Virus record (IMG/VR): IMGVR_UViG_3300049171_000178
Coordinates: 1 to 42,612 of that record
DNA from: a virus
Taxonomy: Duplodnaviria > Caudoviricetes
Direction: 5' to 3' (one strand)
DNA length: 42,612 nt
In this document: in pieces, positions 42,092 through 42,612 of the stretch
Layout of the letters: each line of letters begins with the position of its first letter
Position numbering within the stretch: position 1 is the stretch's first letter
Notes under the pieces: generated by a model
Told to the model about the DNA's origin: nothing
What the model saw: the letters and a program-made list of their open reading frames with translations, nothing else
The model's database searches: none
Translations under genes and position numbers: made by a program

Positions 42092-42612
42092 ATGCCCTCA
42101 GCCCCTGCGGCGCGCTGTCCGCTACGCCGCAGATGAGCACCACCTCTCTTCGCGAGTCCGACCTCTATGGGCTGCTCCGCGCCGCCATCGCGGAGGCCGG
42201 GTCGCAGGACGCGTGGGCCAGGGCCGCGGGCCTGGCGCCCAGCTTCGTCTCGGACACGCTGGCAGCGCGGCGCCCCCTTAGCGACCGCATGCTGGCCGCG
42301 CTGGGGGTGCGCAGGGTGACCAGCTACGTCCTGATGAATCCGGCCGGGGATGCGGAGGACGCGACGCGGCTGATCAAGGCGCTGAGCCGTGGTGACCGCC
42401 GGACGCTCCTCTGGCTGCCCGCGAGCGGCGCGCCACGGCAGCGCGGCGAGAAGACAGGGGAATGGCGACCGCTGCAGGTGGACCTGCGCCGCCTGCGCGC
42501 GCTGCGCCTGGTGGAGCAAACCCCGGAGGGTTGGGCTGCCAACGCAGCAGGGCTGGCGGCGCGGGCCGCTCTGGTGGCGACAGGGATGAAGGAAGTGGGC
42601 GTCCATGCCTGA
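42088..42612 (+). CDS. Hypothetical protein with HTH-like segment (174 aa)
   Basis: AAGGAG RBS; GSQDAWARAAGLAPSFVSDTL..RR resembles a Cro-type HTH. Confidence 0.65.
   Translation: MNALSPCGALSATPQMSTTSLRESDLYGLLRAAIAEAGSQDAWARAAGLAPSFVSDTLAARRPLSDRMLAALGVRRVTSYVLMNPAGDAEDATRLIKALSRGDRRTLLWLPASGAPRQRGEKTGEWRPLQVDLRRLRALRLVEQTPEGWAANAAGLAARAALVATGMKEVGVHA

Larger units (their letters stand above)
1..42612. mobile_element. Temperate phage/prophage with lambda-like cos head and Mu-like contractile tail; ends not visible
   Basis: Ordered head, tail, lysis, replication and immunity modules; cI/cro switch; no integrase or att site inside the window. Confidence 0.95.

Noticed and set aside
1-42612. 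Possible circular join or terminal repeats/att sites
   Set aside because: Ends coincide with gene boundaries; no shared repeat or integrase seen by eye
1-42612. CRISPR array, tRNA, reverse transcriptase/DGR, invertase-switched fibre, transposase
   Set aside because: No regular repeat-spacer pattern, cloverleaf or relevant protein motifs noticed; the Mu likeness is limited to the tail

Overview
The whole window is one temperate phage/prophage of a high-GC alphaproteobacterium. A GapR/DUF2312 gene and the promoter style support this; Roseomonas/Acetobacteraceae is only a guess. No integrase or att site is visible, so the element probably extends beyond the window. Right to left: (1) an early operon (38.2-42.6 kb, +) with a MarR-type regulator and a phage-encoded beta clamp; (2) a cI/cro switch with TTAG-N5-CTAA operators; (3) a cII, nuclease, GapR, DUF1376 initiator, loader and late-regulator operon (-); (4) a moron patch (31.2-33.2 kb); (5) a lambda-type cos site and head module (terminase, gpW, portal, S49 protease, scaffold, gpD, gpE); (6) a Mu-type contractile tail and baseplate; (7) a fibre/SGNH-esterase module; (8) a lysis cassette; (9) left-end cargo on the + strand. 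The most notable observations: a lower-GC dGTP triphosphohydrolase preceded in frame by an unannotated 51-aa ORF (candidate regulated anti-phage module); a signal-less PL1 pectate lyase between holin and endolysin, next to a relic of a displaced GH19 endolysin; a beta clamp followed by small proteins carrying an Hda-like clamp-binding motif and an SSB-like DIPF tail; a lambda-like cosQ/cosN; and a hidden -1 frame tail-chaperone extension. All family calls are from motif recognition and synteny, not database searches.
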